Source of the DNA: an uncultured Chloroflexia bacterium
Lineage (GTDB): Bacteria > Chloroflexota > Limnocylindria > Limnocylindrales > CSP1-4
Direction of reading: 5' to 3'
NCBI GenBank assembly: GCA_963759495.1
Contig: CAVWZL010000004.1
Coordinates: 13,097 to 77,096, forward strand
DNA: 64,000 nucleotides
Shown piece after piece: positions 39,320 through 49,719 of the stretch (within the stretch, counting starts at the first letter, position 1; each line of letters begins with the position of its first letter). A program made the position numbers and the translations under genes. The notes under the pieces were generated by a model, which saw only the letters and a program-made list of their open reading frames with translations, was not told the DNA's origin and ran no database searches.

Positions 39320-40390
39320 GTGGCCGACCGTCCCGTCCAGCCCCCTCCGTCCGCGGACGACTTCGCGACCCGCAACGGCTGGGATGCCGCATACGAGGTC
39401 TTCGACGACTTCGACCTGCCGACCTACGTCGGGCCGACCACCTTCATGAAGCTGCCCTGGATCACCGACCCGCTCGAGCTTCGCCGGCGGGCGGTCGACG
39501 TGGCCATCGTGGGGGCTCCGTTCGACGACGCGGTGAGCCACCGCTCGGGCGCCCGGTTCGGCCCTCGGGCGATCCGGGAGGCGCAGTACACCTCGGGCTC
39601 GATCCATTCGCTCCAGCTCGGCGTCGAGCCATTCGAGATCCTGACCGTCGTCGATGCCGGTGACGCGAATATCGTGCCGTCGTGGATCGACCGGGCGCAC
39701 GCGATGATCTATCGCAAGGTTCGCGAGGTCGCCGAGACGGGCGCCATCCCGATCGTGCTCGGCGGCGACCACTCCATCACGTGGCCGAGCGCGACCGCAA
39801 TCGCAGAGGTGCATCGGCCCGGGAGCGTGGGAATCGTCCACTTCGACGCCCACGCCGATACCGCCACCGATGACTGGGGCGTGCTCGCCGGCCACGGGAC
39901 GCCGATGCGTCGCCTGATCGAGTCCGGCGCGGTCCTCGGCAAGAACTTCGTCCAGGTGGGTCTGCGCGGCTACTGGCCACCGGTCGACACGTTCGCCTGG
40001 ATGCAGGAGCAGGGACTGCGCTACCACTTCATGACCGAGATCGAGGAGCGCGGGTCGGAGGCCGTCATCGCGGACGCCATCGCCGAAGCGCTCGACGGAC
40101 CCGAGCACATCTACCTCTCGATCGATATCGACGTCATCGATCCGGGGCTTGCACCCGGAACCGGAACGCCGGAGCCGGGCGGCATGCTCACGCGTGAGCT
40201 CCTGCGCGCAGTCCGCCAGGTCGTGGCCGCGGTCGACCTCGTCGGCATGGACATCGTCGAGGTCTCGCCGCCCTACGACCATGCCGAGACGACAGCGATG
40301 GCCGCAAACCGGCTGGCACTCGAGGCGATCAGCGCACTGGCCGTGAAGCGCAAGGCCGGCGGGTGGGTGCGGGCCGAGGTGAGCGCGTGA
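39320..40390 (+). CDS. Agmatinase-family ureohydrolase (arginase fold; substrate not assignable)
   Basis: GTG with GGAGG 5 nt upstream. 'IVLGGDHSITWP', 'VHFDAHADT', 'YLSIDIDVIDPGLAPGTGTPEPGG', 'DIVEVSPPYD'. Intact. Confidence 0.85.
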   Translation: MADRPVQPPPSADDFATRNGWDAAYEVFDDFDLPTYVGPTTFMKLPWITDPLELRRRAVDVAIVGAPFDDAVSHRSGARFGPRAIREAQYTSGSIHSLQLGVEPFEILTVVDAGDANIVPSWIDRAHAMIYRKVREVAETGAIPIVLGGDHSITWPSATAIAEVHRPGSVGIVHFDAHADTATDDWGVLAGHGTPMRRLIESGAVLGKNFVQVGLRGYWPPVDTFAWMQEQGLRYHFMTEIEERGSEAVIADAIAEALDGPEHIYLSIDIDVIDPGLAPGTGTPEPGGMLTRELLRAVRQVVAAVDLVGMDIVEVSPPYDHAETTAMAANRLALEAISALAVKRKAGGWVRAEVSA

Positions 40391-41177
40391 AGGAGCGCCC
40401 CACCGAGGCGACCGCCACGGCGCTCGCCCGGCTCTACGATCTGGATCTTGCCGACGACCCGGGCGATGTGGACCTGTACAGAGCGCTGGCGGACCGGGCG
40501 GGTGGATGGGTGCTCGAGCTCGGTGTCGGCACGGGCCGGGTCGCGGTGCCGGTCGCGGCCGAGCGGCCACCGCGTCATCGGCGTCGACAACGACCGCGCG
40601 ATGCTGGCCCGCGCCAGGCAGCGTGCCGCGCACGCGGGGATCGATGCGGCCAAGCCTCGAGCTCGTCGAGGCCGACATCGTCGGGCTTCGCCTTGCCGAC
40701 GGCCGTCACGTTCCGGCTGGGCTTCCTCGCCCTCAACTCGCTGATGGCCCTTGGGACGCGTGCGGCCCAGGAGGCAGCGTTGCGCGCGCTCGCCGCGCAC
40801 CTCGCGCCCGGCGGCGTCGCGGCGTGGACGTCTGGCTGCCCGACGCGGAGGATCTCGCGCGGTATCGACGGCCGGGTCATCCTCGAGTGGCCGCGCCGGA
40901 GCCCGAGACGCGGCGAACGATCGTGACGAAGGCCGGCTCGGCCCAGTACGACGCGGCAACCAGCACGGTCGAGCTCACCGCGATCTTCGAGGAGGGCGGC
41001 CAGGGCGAGCCGGCCGTCCGTTGGGTCCGTCACGACACGCTTCGACTCGTGCCCGCTGACAGCTCTCCGGTTCGCGGAGGATGCCGGCCTGCGGGTGGAG
41101 ACGCTCGCAGGCGGGTACGACCTGCACCCCTCGCGCCGGGCAGCGATCGGGCCGTGCTCATGGCCGTACGGCCCTAG
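40387..41177 (+). pseudogene. Class I SAM-dependent methyltransferase, heavily frame-disrupted
   Basis: GTG overlaps the upstream stop (GTGA). 'VLELGVGTGRVAVPVA' (motif I), 'HRVIGVDNDRAMLARARQRA', 'LELVEADIVGL', 'LGFLALNSLMAL', 'ALAAHLAPGG' and 'IVTKAGSAQYDAATSTVELTAIFEE' are scattered over three frames. Confidence 0.6.
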
Positions 41178-41255
41178 CGCCAGACGCCCGTCCGGCCCTC
41201 GGGTGCCGGACCTCCGGCTGGGTTCCGGCCGAGGGGCCGTGGTATCGTCGCGGCG

Positions 41256-42416
41256 ATGGCATCGCAGCGACCAGACGCGCCTCCTGATCGTCGAGGACGT
41301 GCCGCAGGTCGCGCAGTACATCCGCGGCCTGCTGAACACCCAGGGCACGGTCAAGCTCCTCGACGTCATGACGGAGGGCGCGCAAGGCGCATGGCCCAGA
41401 TCCGCAGCTTCGACCGGACGTCGTCCTCGTCGACGCGCTGCTCCAGGGTCGGATCAAGGGGCCCCAGCTCGTCGAGCAGATCCACGAGGCCAAGCTCAGC
41501 GTGCCGGTCATCGTCCTGACCGTGCCGCAGAACCCGGTCGAGGTCGATCCCGCGCAACGGCATCCACGGCGTGCTGACCATGCCGTTCTCGGGCTTCGAC
41601 CTCATGAACCGCATCATCGCGCGTGACGAAGGAGTTCGGCCTCGACCGATCCCGTCGAGGCCACGCGCGTCATGTCGGTCTTCGCCCCGAAGGGCGGTGT
41701 CGGCAAGACCACCATCGCCTTCAACCTGGCGGTCGCCCTCGGCCAGCTCGAGCAGCGGACCGTGCTGATCGACGGCAGCCTCCAGTTCGGCGACCTGCGC
41801 TCGCTGCTCAAGGTCCCGGCTGACGCGCCCTCGCATCCTCGACCTCCCGACCGACCGGATCGCCGAATCGGATCTCGGCGACGTCCTGTGGCGGGACCCG
41901 TCGGGGATCGACATCCTGCTGGCCCCGCCGCGCATCGAGATGGCCGAGATGGTCACGCCCCGCGACCTCGAGAAGATCCTGTCGCTGCTGCGCCGGGTGT
42001 ACTCGTCGATCGTCATCGACATGTCGAGCTCCTCAACGACATCAACCTCGCGTTCCTCGACGCCAGCGACACGATCATCGAGATCGTCACGTACGACTCG
42101 ACGACCATCCACAACACGATCGCGATGGCCGACACGTTCCGCTCGATCGGTTACCCGGCGTCGCAAGGTCCGCTACCTCGTGAACCGCGCCGACAGCTCC
42201 GGCGGCATCGAACCCGACGACCTCGCAGCGGGCGCTGGGCGCGTGCCGGAGCACCAGGTCGTCTCGGACGGCCGGCTCGTCGTGCGGTCCAACAACGAGG
42301 GCGTGCCGTTCGTGCTCGCCGATCCGAACGCCCAGGTCAGCAAGGACATCGCGTCGCCTGGCGAGCGACCTGATCGGGCGCGCCGCGCGTCCCGGCCGCG
42401 CGCCGGGCGGCGCTAG
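41256..42416 (+). pseudogene. Response-regulator receiver domain fused to a ParA/MinD-type (CpaE-like) ATPase, heavily frame-disrupted
   Basis: 'RLLIVEDVPQVAQYIRGLLNTQGTVKLLDV', 'LTMPFSGFDLMNRI', 'VFAPKGGVGKTTIAFNLAVALGQL..TVLIDGSLQFGDL' (deviant Walker A), 'IVIDM', 'DTIIEIVTYDSTTIHNT', 'VRYLVNRADSSGGIEPDDL'. Both ends are approximate. Confidence 0.6.
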
Positions 42417-42428
42417 GCTCGCCTGCCC

Positions 42429-43345
42429 GTGTCCGATCCGCGACCGATCGGGGTCTTCGACTCGGGGGTCGGTGGCCTGACCGTCCTGCGCGAGATCCTG
42501 CGGCGCACTCCGGCACGAATCGACGATCTATCTCGGCGACAACCTCCGCGCGCCGTACGGCGTCCGCACCGACGAGGAGGTCATGCAGCTTCTCCACGCA
42601 GGTCGCTCGACGCGCTCGTCGAACGCGACGTCAAGGCGCTCGTCGTCGCCTGCAACACGTCCACGGCCGTCGCGCATCGGCGCCTTCCGACGTCGCTACG
42701 ACCTGCCGATCCTGGGCGTGATCCGGCCCGGCGCGTCGGCCGCAGCGCTCGCTACGCGCAACCGGCGGGTCGGGGTGATCGCCACCCCGGCGACGATCCG
42801 ATCCCACGCCTACTTCGCGGCGATCAAGGACGAGAACCCGGCGGTCGAGGTGTACGAGCACGCCACGCCGACGCTCGTGCCGATGGTCGAGGCCGGGCAT
42901 CCTGACGGGCCCGATGCCGAGGCCGCGGTCGCCGAGGCGCTCGCGCCGCTGCTCGGTGAGCGTGACGCGACGGCGAGTTCGATCTTCCCGCTGCCCGCCG
43001 TCCGGATCCGTCGACACGCTGCTCCTGGGCTGCACCCACTACCCGCTGCTGCGGCCGATCATCCGAGCGTGGCCGGGGAACGGGTCGCGATCGTCGACTC
43101 GGCGACCGCCACGGCCTCGGCCCTGGCCGAGCTGCTGAGCGTCAACGGGCTCGAGGCGCCGGGCACGACCCGTGAACTGCCGCGGACCCGGTGCCCTCGG
43201 CCACGAGCGCCACGACGGCAGCTCCGCACCGCATGTCCAGCTCACGACCGGTGATCCCGAGACCTTCCGGGCGCTCGCGAACAGGCTGTTCGGGACGGCG
43301 TTCCCGGAGGTCGAGCGCGTCGAGCTGGCGGTGGCCACGACATGA
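42429..43345 (+). pseudogene. murI: Glutamate racemase, frame-disrupted
   Basis: 'PIGVFDSGVGGLTVLREI', 'KALVVACNTSTAVA', 'YDLPILGVIRPGA', '[10 protein letters not shown]' and 'LGCTHYPLL' (in a third frame). The reconstructed end is 'FPEVERVELAVATT*' at 43345. Confidence 0.8.
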
Positions 43346-44563
43346 CGGCCGCAACGCGCGAGCGCGGCCCGCGGCTGGCGCGACGACCGCGCGTGGCAGG
43401 CCGGCTTCCTGGTCGGCTCGGCGCTCGGCGCCGCCGCCACGGTCCTCGGCACGCGCGGAGCCGAACGGCCGCGCGCAGGGCCTCGTGGACTGGGGCGGGG
43501 TCGAGCGCGTCGCGATCGCGCGGCTGCGTCCGCCCCGGGCCGCTCACCGTCGTCGAGCTGCGCGCCGCGGAGCCCGCATACCGCGCGGCGATGGCCCGCA
43601 TCGTCCCCGCGCTCGAGCGCCGCGCTCGGGACCGAGCTGCCGGGCGTCGTCGAGCGAGCCGAGGTGGTCGACCGGGCCGGCTGGGTCCGTGCCAACACGG
43701 CGACCTTCGCCGGCGCTCATCGGTCGAGCTCGAAGGCGGAGCTCCTCGACCAGGTCGTGCCGCCGGGCGGCGGTCTCGCCCAGGCGACGATGGCGCTGGC
43801 GAACCGCTGGGTCACGACCCGCCAGCTCGGCTTCCTGCTCGGGTTCATGGGCGGCCGCGTCCTCGGCCAGTACGATCTCGCGCTGCTCTCGGCCGAGGCC
43901 GCGCCCGGGCGGCTCCTGTTCGTCGAGGAGAACATCCGCCAGACGGCCAAGGCGCTCGGACGTGCCGCTCGACGCCGTTCCGGACCTGGATCGCGCTCCA
44001 CGAGACGACCCACGCGTTCGAGTTCGAGGCGCACCCGTGGCTGCGCCCGTACATCGCGGAGCGCCTCGAGCGGCAGCTGCAGCTGTTCGGCAGGACGCCC
44101 GGGGCCTCGGCCGTGACGCGATCCGCGGCCTTGGCCGCGCGCTGCGCGGCGACGGCGACGGCGAGCACTGGATGGAGCGCCTGATGGGCGAGGAGCAGCG
44201 GCGCGCTGTTCCGCGAGACACAGGCGGTGATGAGCCTGCTCGAGGGGTTCAGCGACTACGTCATGGACGAGGTCGGCAAGGGCCTCGTCCCGGGCGTCGA
44301 GCGCATCAGCGCCCGCTTCCACGAGCGGCGCACGCGGCGGACGCCGTTCGAGCGCGCGATGCTGCGCCTCACCGGCATGGACCTGAAGATGGAGCAGTAC
44401 CGAAGGGCGAGCTGTTCGTCCGGGCGATCGCCGAGCCGCGGGCGGCCCCGCGGCGTTGCGCCGTCTGTGGGAAGGACCCGAAACCCTGCCGCGACACGGC
44501 GAGATCGACCATCCCGAGCGCTGGATCGAGCGCGTGCTGCGACCGGCCGGCGGGACGGCGTGA
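43342..44563 (+). pseudogene. DUF2342-family zinc-dependent metalloprotease/hydrolase (TIGR03624-like), frame-disrupted
   Basis: The ATG overlaps the murI stop (ATGA). 'LGFLLGFMGGRVLGQYDLALL', 'RLLFVEENI', 'WIALHETTHAFEFEAHPWLRPY' (HExxH), 'LEGFSDYVMDEVG', 'KMEQY' and 'HPERWIERV', with many frame switches. Confidence 0.6.
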
Positions 44564-44737
44564 CCCCCGACGCCGGCGCGCCGGTGACCGGCGCACGAAC
44601 GTCCGCACGCCGCGCCGGTCCTGGCTCGCGGAACGGCGGGGCTCCGAGCGCCATCGCCGCTCAGCCCGATCCTGTCGGCCCGCTACCGCTCGCGCGACCT
44701 CGAACGGATTCGCTCAGCGGCGCCGGGAGCCCGGATC

Positions 44738-45690
44738 GTGACCGTGTCGGTCGAGGGCCTCGCCGACGGGCCGGTCGACGACGTCGAGGTGATGCTCCGC
44801 GGCTGGCTCAGTGCGGATGCGTTCGACCGGCTCCTGTCGCGCGCCCCGCGGCTGACGCTGGGTCCACTCCGCCACGTCGGGCGTCGAGCGGGCCCTGACG
44901 CCCGCGGCGCTGGAGCGCGGGCTCGTCGTGACCAATGCCCGTGGCGTGTTCAGCCGCCCGATCGCCGAATACGTCCTGATGATGATCCTCGCGGTCAGCC
45001 GGCGGCTCCCGCAGCTGCTCGAGCTGCAGCGCGAGCGGACGTGGCAGCCGCTCGAGGGGGCGAGCTGCGCGACGTGACCGTCGGCATCGTGGGTCTTGGC
45101 TCGATCGGTCGGGCGGTCGGTGCACTGGCGACGGCGTTCGGCTGCCGGGTCGTCGCCGTGCGCCGGCGGCCGGGGGAGGGCACACCGAAGGGGTCCCGGA
45201 CGTCGGTGACCCGCGGACGCGACACGGATCGACGATCGTGGCTCGACCTTTGGCGAGGCGATGCTCGACCGGGTCGGCGGCCCGGAGAGCGCTGCCCGAC
45301 CTGCTCGCCGAGTCGGACTTCATCGTCCTCGCTGCGCCGCTCACGCCCGAGACCGAGGACATGATCGACGAGCGAGACGCTCGCGATGGTCAAGCCCGGG
45401 GCGTGGCTCATCAACGTGGCCCGCGGGCGCCTCGTCGACGAGCGGGCCCTGATCCGCGCGCTGCGCGACGGCCCACTCGGCGGCGCGGTGCTGGATACGT
45501 TCCGGGACGAGCCGCTGCCGCCGATGTCGTCGTTCTACGACCTGCCGAACGTGATCGTCACGCCGCACACCGCCTGGTCGAGCGGTCGCGTGCTCGATCG
45601 CAGCGTGGAGCTGTTCTGCGACAACCTGCGCCGGTTCGCGGCCAGGGCGAGGCGCTCCTGAACGTGGTGGACCCCGCCGCCGGGTACTGA
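44738..45690 (+). pseudogene. D-isomer-specific 2-hydroxyacid dehydrogenase, frame-disrupted
   Basis: 'VTVGIVGLGSIGRAVGALATAFGCRVVAV', 'LLAESDFIVLAAPLTPETEDMI' and 'MVKPGAWLINVARGRLVDERAL..LDTFRDEPLP..NVIVTPHTAW' lie in different frames. Confidence 0.7.
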
Positions 45691-45713
45691 GCCCGACCGC
45701 TAGGCTTCGCCGC

Positions 45714-46821
45714 ATGCAGACCGCCATCGTCGGGCTTGCCGGATCGGGCAAGACGACCGTCTTCAACACGCTGACCCGGGGCCACGCCGAGACCGGCGGG
45801 TACGGCGGGATCACGCTGAACGTCGGCGTCGTGAAGGTGCCCGACGCGCGGCTCGACGCGCTCGCCGCGATCTTCAAGCCCAAGAAGATCGTCCAGGCCG
45901 ATGTGACGTACGTCGACCTGCCCGCACCGCCCGCCTCAACCGAGGGCCATGTCGGCACGGAGGAGCTGCCCGCGGACCACCTCGCGCGGCTGCGCGACTC
46001 CGACGCGCTGCTCCACGTCGTCCGCGCGTTCGAGGATCCGTCCAACCCGCACCCCGACGGCAGCGTCGACCCGGCCCGCGACCTCGAGCGGCTCGACCTC
46101 GAGTTCATCCTCGCCGACCTGTCGATGGCCGATCGCCGGCTCGAGCGGCTCGAGCACGAGCGGCCGGCACGGCACGCAGGCCGAGCGCGAGTCGAACGAG
46201 CGCGAGGAGGTGGTCCTGCGGCGGCTCAAGGTCGCGCTCGAGGCCGGCTCGCCGATCCGCGACGTCGAGCTCGAGCCCGACGAGGAGAAGGCCATCCGCG
46301 GCTTCCGCTTCCTCAGCCAGAAGCCCGTGCTCGTGCTGCTCAACGTCGGGGAGGGCGACCTGGCGACGGCGCCCGACCTCGTTGGCCGCATCACGGCCGC
46401 ATATACGCCATCGGCACGCGCTGGTCGACGCCCTCTCGGCGCAGATCGAGATGGAGCTGGGCGAGCTCGAGCCCGACGAGGCCGCTGTCTTCATGGAGGA
46501 GCTCGGGATCGCCGAATCGGGTCTCGACCGGGTCATCGCGCTGTCCTACCGGCTGCTCGGGCTGGTGTCGTTCCTGACCGCCGGCCCCGACGAGGTGCGC
46601 GCCTGGCCGATTCCGGCGGGCTCGACGGCCGTCGATGCCGCCGGGGCGATCCACACGCGACCTCGCGCAAGGGCTTCATCCGCGCCGAGACGGTCGCCTA
46701 CGAGGACCTGATCGAGCTCGGCTCGATGGCCGAGGCGCGCAAGGCCGGCCGGTTGCGGTCGGAGGGCAAGACCTACCGGGTGAAGGACGGGGACGTCCTG
46801 GAGATCCTCTTCAGCAAGTAG
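45714..46821 (+). pseudogene. ychF: YchF/OLA1-type ribosome-binding ATPase, frame-disrupted
   Basis: 'IVGLAGSGKTTVFNTLT', 'ALLHVVRAFED', 'DLEFILADL', 'KPVLVLLNV', 'SFLTAGPDEVRAWPIPAGSTAVDAAGAIH' and the C-terminus 'GFIRAETVAYEDLIELGSMAEARKAGRLRSEGKTYRVKDGDVLEILFSK*'. At least 3 frame changes. Confidence 0.75.
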
Positions 46822-46915
46822 CCCGCGCGGCTGCGTTCGGGCGGCGCGTGCCGTCGATGTCGAGGTCTGCCGTCGGATCAGTCGACGAGTCACGCCCGAT
46901 GTCGCCGGATCGGCC

Positions 46916-47248
46916 TCATCGAGCCTCGTGGTCGTCGTCGCTCGTCTTCCTCGTCGTCGTCCAGGTCGGCATCGAGCTCGGCCAGGAAGTTGTCCTCGTC
47001 GATCGTCGAGACGTTGACTGCGGCGCGACAGGCGATCGTCCGACGATGAACAGGAACCCATGGTTGCGTTCGAGCTCGATGGCGATCGCCTCGATAAGTG
47101 TATCCTCGGTCGTAGCTCGCCCTGGATCCGCCGGCGGACGGTCTGGACGAGCTCGAAGAAGTCCTCGGGCTCCCACTCTGAGTCGCTGCACGAGGAGGAC
47201 GTCCGAGAAGACCTCGTCGTCGCCTTCGTGCAGCTCGTAGAAGAACAT
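46916..47248 (-). pseudogene. Small acidic hypothetical protein, frame-disrupted
   Basis: ATG at 47248, 'MFFYELHEGDDEVFSDVLLV', then 'SEWEPEDFFELVQTVRRRIQGE', 'TEDTLIEAIAIELERNHGFLFIV' and 'STIDEDNFLAELDADLDDDEEDE' in different frames. The 3' end is uncertain (46890 or 46916). Confidence 0.4.
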
Positions 47249-47292
47249 ATCGGCGAGTCTACGATCGTGCGCCACGGCCGAACGCCCAGGCT

Positions 47293-48232
47293 GATGCGGT
47301 CGAGCGGCCCCTGCCGGCGATCGTCGTCGTCGGCGCCGCGTCGCGCGATCTGGCGCCGGACGACCCTCGGGGGTGGCGACTCGGTGGCGCCGTGTCGTAC
47401 GGAGCGCTGACGATGGCCCGGCTGGGTGTCGCCGACCGCCGCGCTGGTGGGGGCGGACGGCCCGGCGGCTGTCGCGGAGGAGCTGGACGGTCTGCGGTCG
47501 GCGGGGGTGCAGGTCAAGACCGTGCCCCTCGCCCGCGGCCCGGTGTTCGACAACATCGAGACCTGAAGCCGGGCGTCGCCAGGTCTGCGCACGAGCGCTG
47601 CCGAGCCGATGTCGATCGACGCCGTACCCGTGGCGTGGCGAACGGCTGCCGGGTGGATCGTTCGGGCCGGTCGCCGGCGAGCTTCCCGAGGCGTGGGCGG
47701 CGATCCCGTCCGACGGCGCGCTCGTTGCCGTCGGGTGGCAAGGGCTCCTCCGCGACCGTTGTCGCGGGCGAGCGCGTTCGTCGCGATCCCGCCACGCGCC
47801 TCGGCGTTGCTGGCCCGGGCGGACCTCGTCGGCGTGAGCCGCGACGACGTCGACGACGGGATCCAGCTCGGCGGACCTGTGCGCGCTCCTTCGTCCGGGC
47901 GCAGCGCTCCTCGTCACGAGCGGCGCCGACGGCGGACTTGTCGCTGAGGCGGGACCCGACGGCCCGCGGCGCCTCCACCGCTACCCGGCGATTCGGCCGG
48001 ATCGCGTCGTCGACCCGACGGGCGCCGGCGACGTGTTCCTGGCGGCTGTTCTCGCGGCGCGCGTTCGACCCAGCTCGTGGGCGGGCGGATCGGTCAGCGG
48101 TTCGATCTCCGGCTGGCGGCCGCGGCCGCGTCGCTCGTCGTCGAGCGGCCCGGTCTCGCCGGCGTCCCGACACGCGATGCGGTTCGCCGGCGCATGGCCG
48201 AGTCGGGGTTCCGGACGGCCGCGACGGACTGA
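47293..48232 (+). pseudogene. PfkB-family carbohydrate/nucleoside kinase, frame-disrupted
   Basis: 'LPAIVVVGAASRDLAPDDPRGWRLGGAVSYGALTMARLG', 'GPVAGELPEAWAAIPSDGALVAVGWQGLLR', 'ADLVGVSRDD' and 'DPTGAGDVFLAAVLAA' (PfkB signature 2), with many frame switches. The start is approximate. Confidence 0.6.
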
Positions 48233-48253
48233 CGGCTGGTCGGATCCGGACGA

Positions 48254-49716
48254 CTACGTCGCTCGCGCCTTCATTGCCCTGCCGGTCGCGGACCGACCCC
48301 CGCCGCGCGCCTCGAGTCTCGCCGCAGTCGAGCGAGCCGTCGCAGGAGGTCGGCCTCGAGGGCTGGCTCGGGCCGGCCGATCCGCCGCCGCCGCTCCGCG
48401 GCAGCCAGGCCCCGGGTTGCCGCTTCGAACGCCCCGACCGGGTCGCGGAGGCGGTGCTCGCGGAGCTTTGCCAGCTCGATCGCGGCCACCACGCCGAGCC
48501 GGCCGCGGTGTCGCCGCCAGCGCCGACCACGCCTCGCACGCGTCCTCGATACCGCCCGAGCCGGCGCAGGACGTGCGCCCGGTCCAGGCAGATCCGCTCC
48601 TGGCTCCACGGGGCGGCGAACGCATGCGGCCGCTCCAGCGAAGGCAGGCGGCATCGGGCCGGCGTGCCGGCCCCCCGAAGTCGGCCCGGTACCCGGGCTG
48701 ACCACCACTCGCCGGTCGTCTCGCGGATCGCCCGTCGTGCCGGGAACGGGCATCGGCGGCTGCGACCCGGGCCGGGGTCGGCGCCGGGACCTCGTCAGCC
48801 GCGATCGCGGACGTCGAGGCAGCCGAGCGCCTCGTCGTGACGGCCGGACCCGGGCGAACGCCCGCGCCAGGCCAGCCAGATCGCCCGTCGGCGCAACTGC
48901 CCGCGCCCCGTCGTCCGCGTAGCCGCGCTCGACATGCCGGATGAGCCGCGCCAGCGACCGGACGTCCTGGTCGTTGTGCCGGACGACCTCGACGAGCGGC
49001 TCGGCTGGGCCGCCGCGCAGGAAGTCGAGGTAGCGACCCGGGATCTCCCAGCCGTCGACGTCGCCGTGCCGATCGCAGCCCGAGCAGCGTCGACTCCACG
49101 GTCCGCAGGCGCGCGTCCGCCATGCGGTGCCGGAACACGCCGCCGGACGAGCGGCAGCAGGTCGAGATGGCCGTCATGGTCGGGGGCGGCGCGGCGGGCC
49201 ATGCCGGTACCGCGCGACGAGCAGCGGCCAGTCGAAGCCCCGGCCGTTGTACGTGACGAGCCAGCCGTCGCGCGGGATGTGCGTCGGCCAGCTGCGCCAG
49301 CAGCGCGGGCTCGTCGGCATGGTCGGGGAGCAGCAGCTGGACCTGGCGGAACAGGTCGCCCTCCCACCAGCCCAGCCCGACGAGGAACGCGACCGTGCCC
49401 GCCGCCGTCGCAAGGCCGGTCGTCTCCGTGTCGAGGCAGACGAGCGGCACGTCCGGCGGCGGCTGGCCCGGGAGCATCGCGAGGCGTTCGCGGTCGACTG
49501 GCGATCTCGCGCGCCGGCGTCTCGCAGCGAACGACCGACCCGAGCGCCGTCCGGACGCACCTCGCCATCCACGGCCTCGGCCAGTCGCTCCGCGCAGATC
49601 CGCGGTGGCCGCGCGGCTCGCACGGCGTGTCGAGCGGCCGTGGACTCGCCGCGCCCGGTCCGGAAGTTCGCGAGCCGTCGTTCGAGCGTCGGCGCTGCGC
49701 TCGGCATGCGGCGCAT
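48254..49716 (-). pseudogene. RNase H-fold 3'-5' exonuclease domain protein (YprB/MrfB-like), frame-disrupted
   Basis: 'VCLDTETTGLATAAGTVAFLVGLGWWEGDLFRQVQLLLPDHADEPALL', 'GWLVTYNGRGFDWPLLVARY', 'VFRHRMADARLRTVESTLLG', plus a helical repeat-like C-terminal part. The boundaries are approximate. Confidence 0.6.
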
Positions 49717-49719
49717 CAC

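Noticed and set aside
47040-47062. Near-palindrome GGAACCCATGGTTGC as a second LexA-like box.
   Set aside because: The half-site spacing is wrong (GAAC-N5-GTTG rather than GAAC-N4-GTTC), and it lies inside a coding region.
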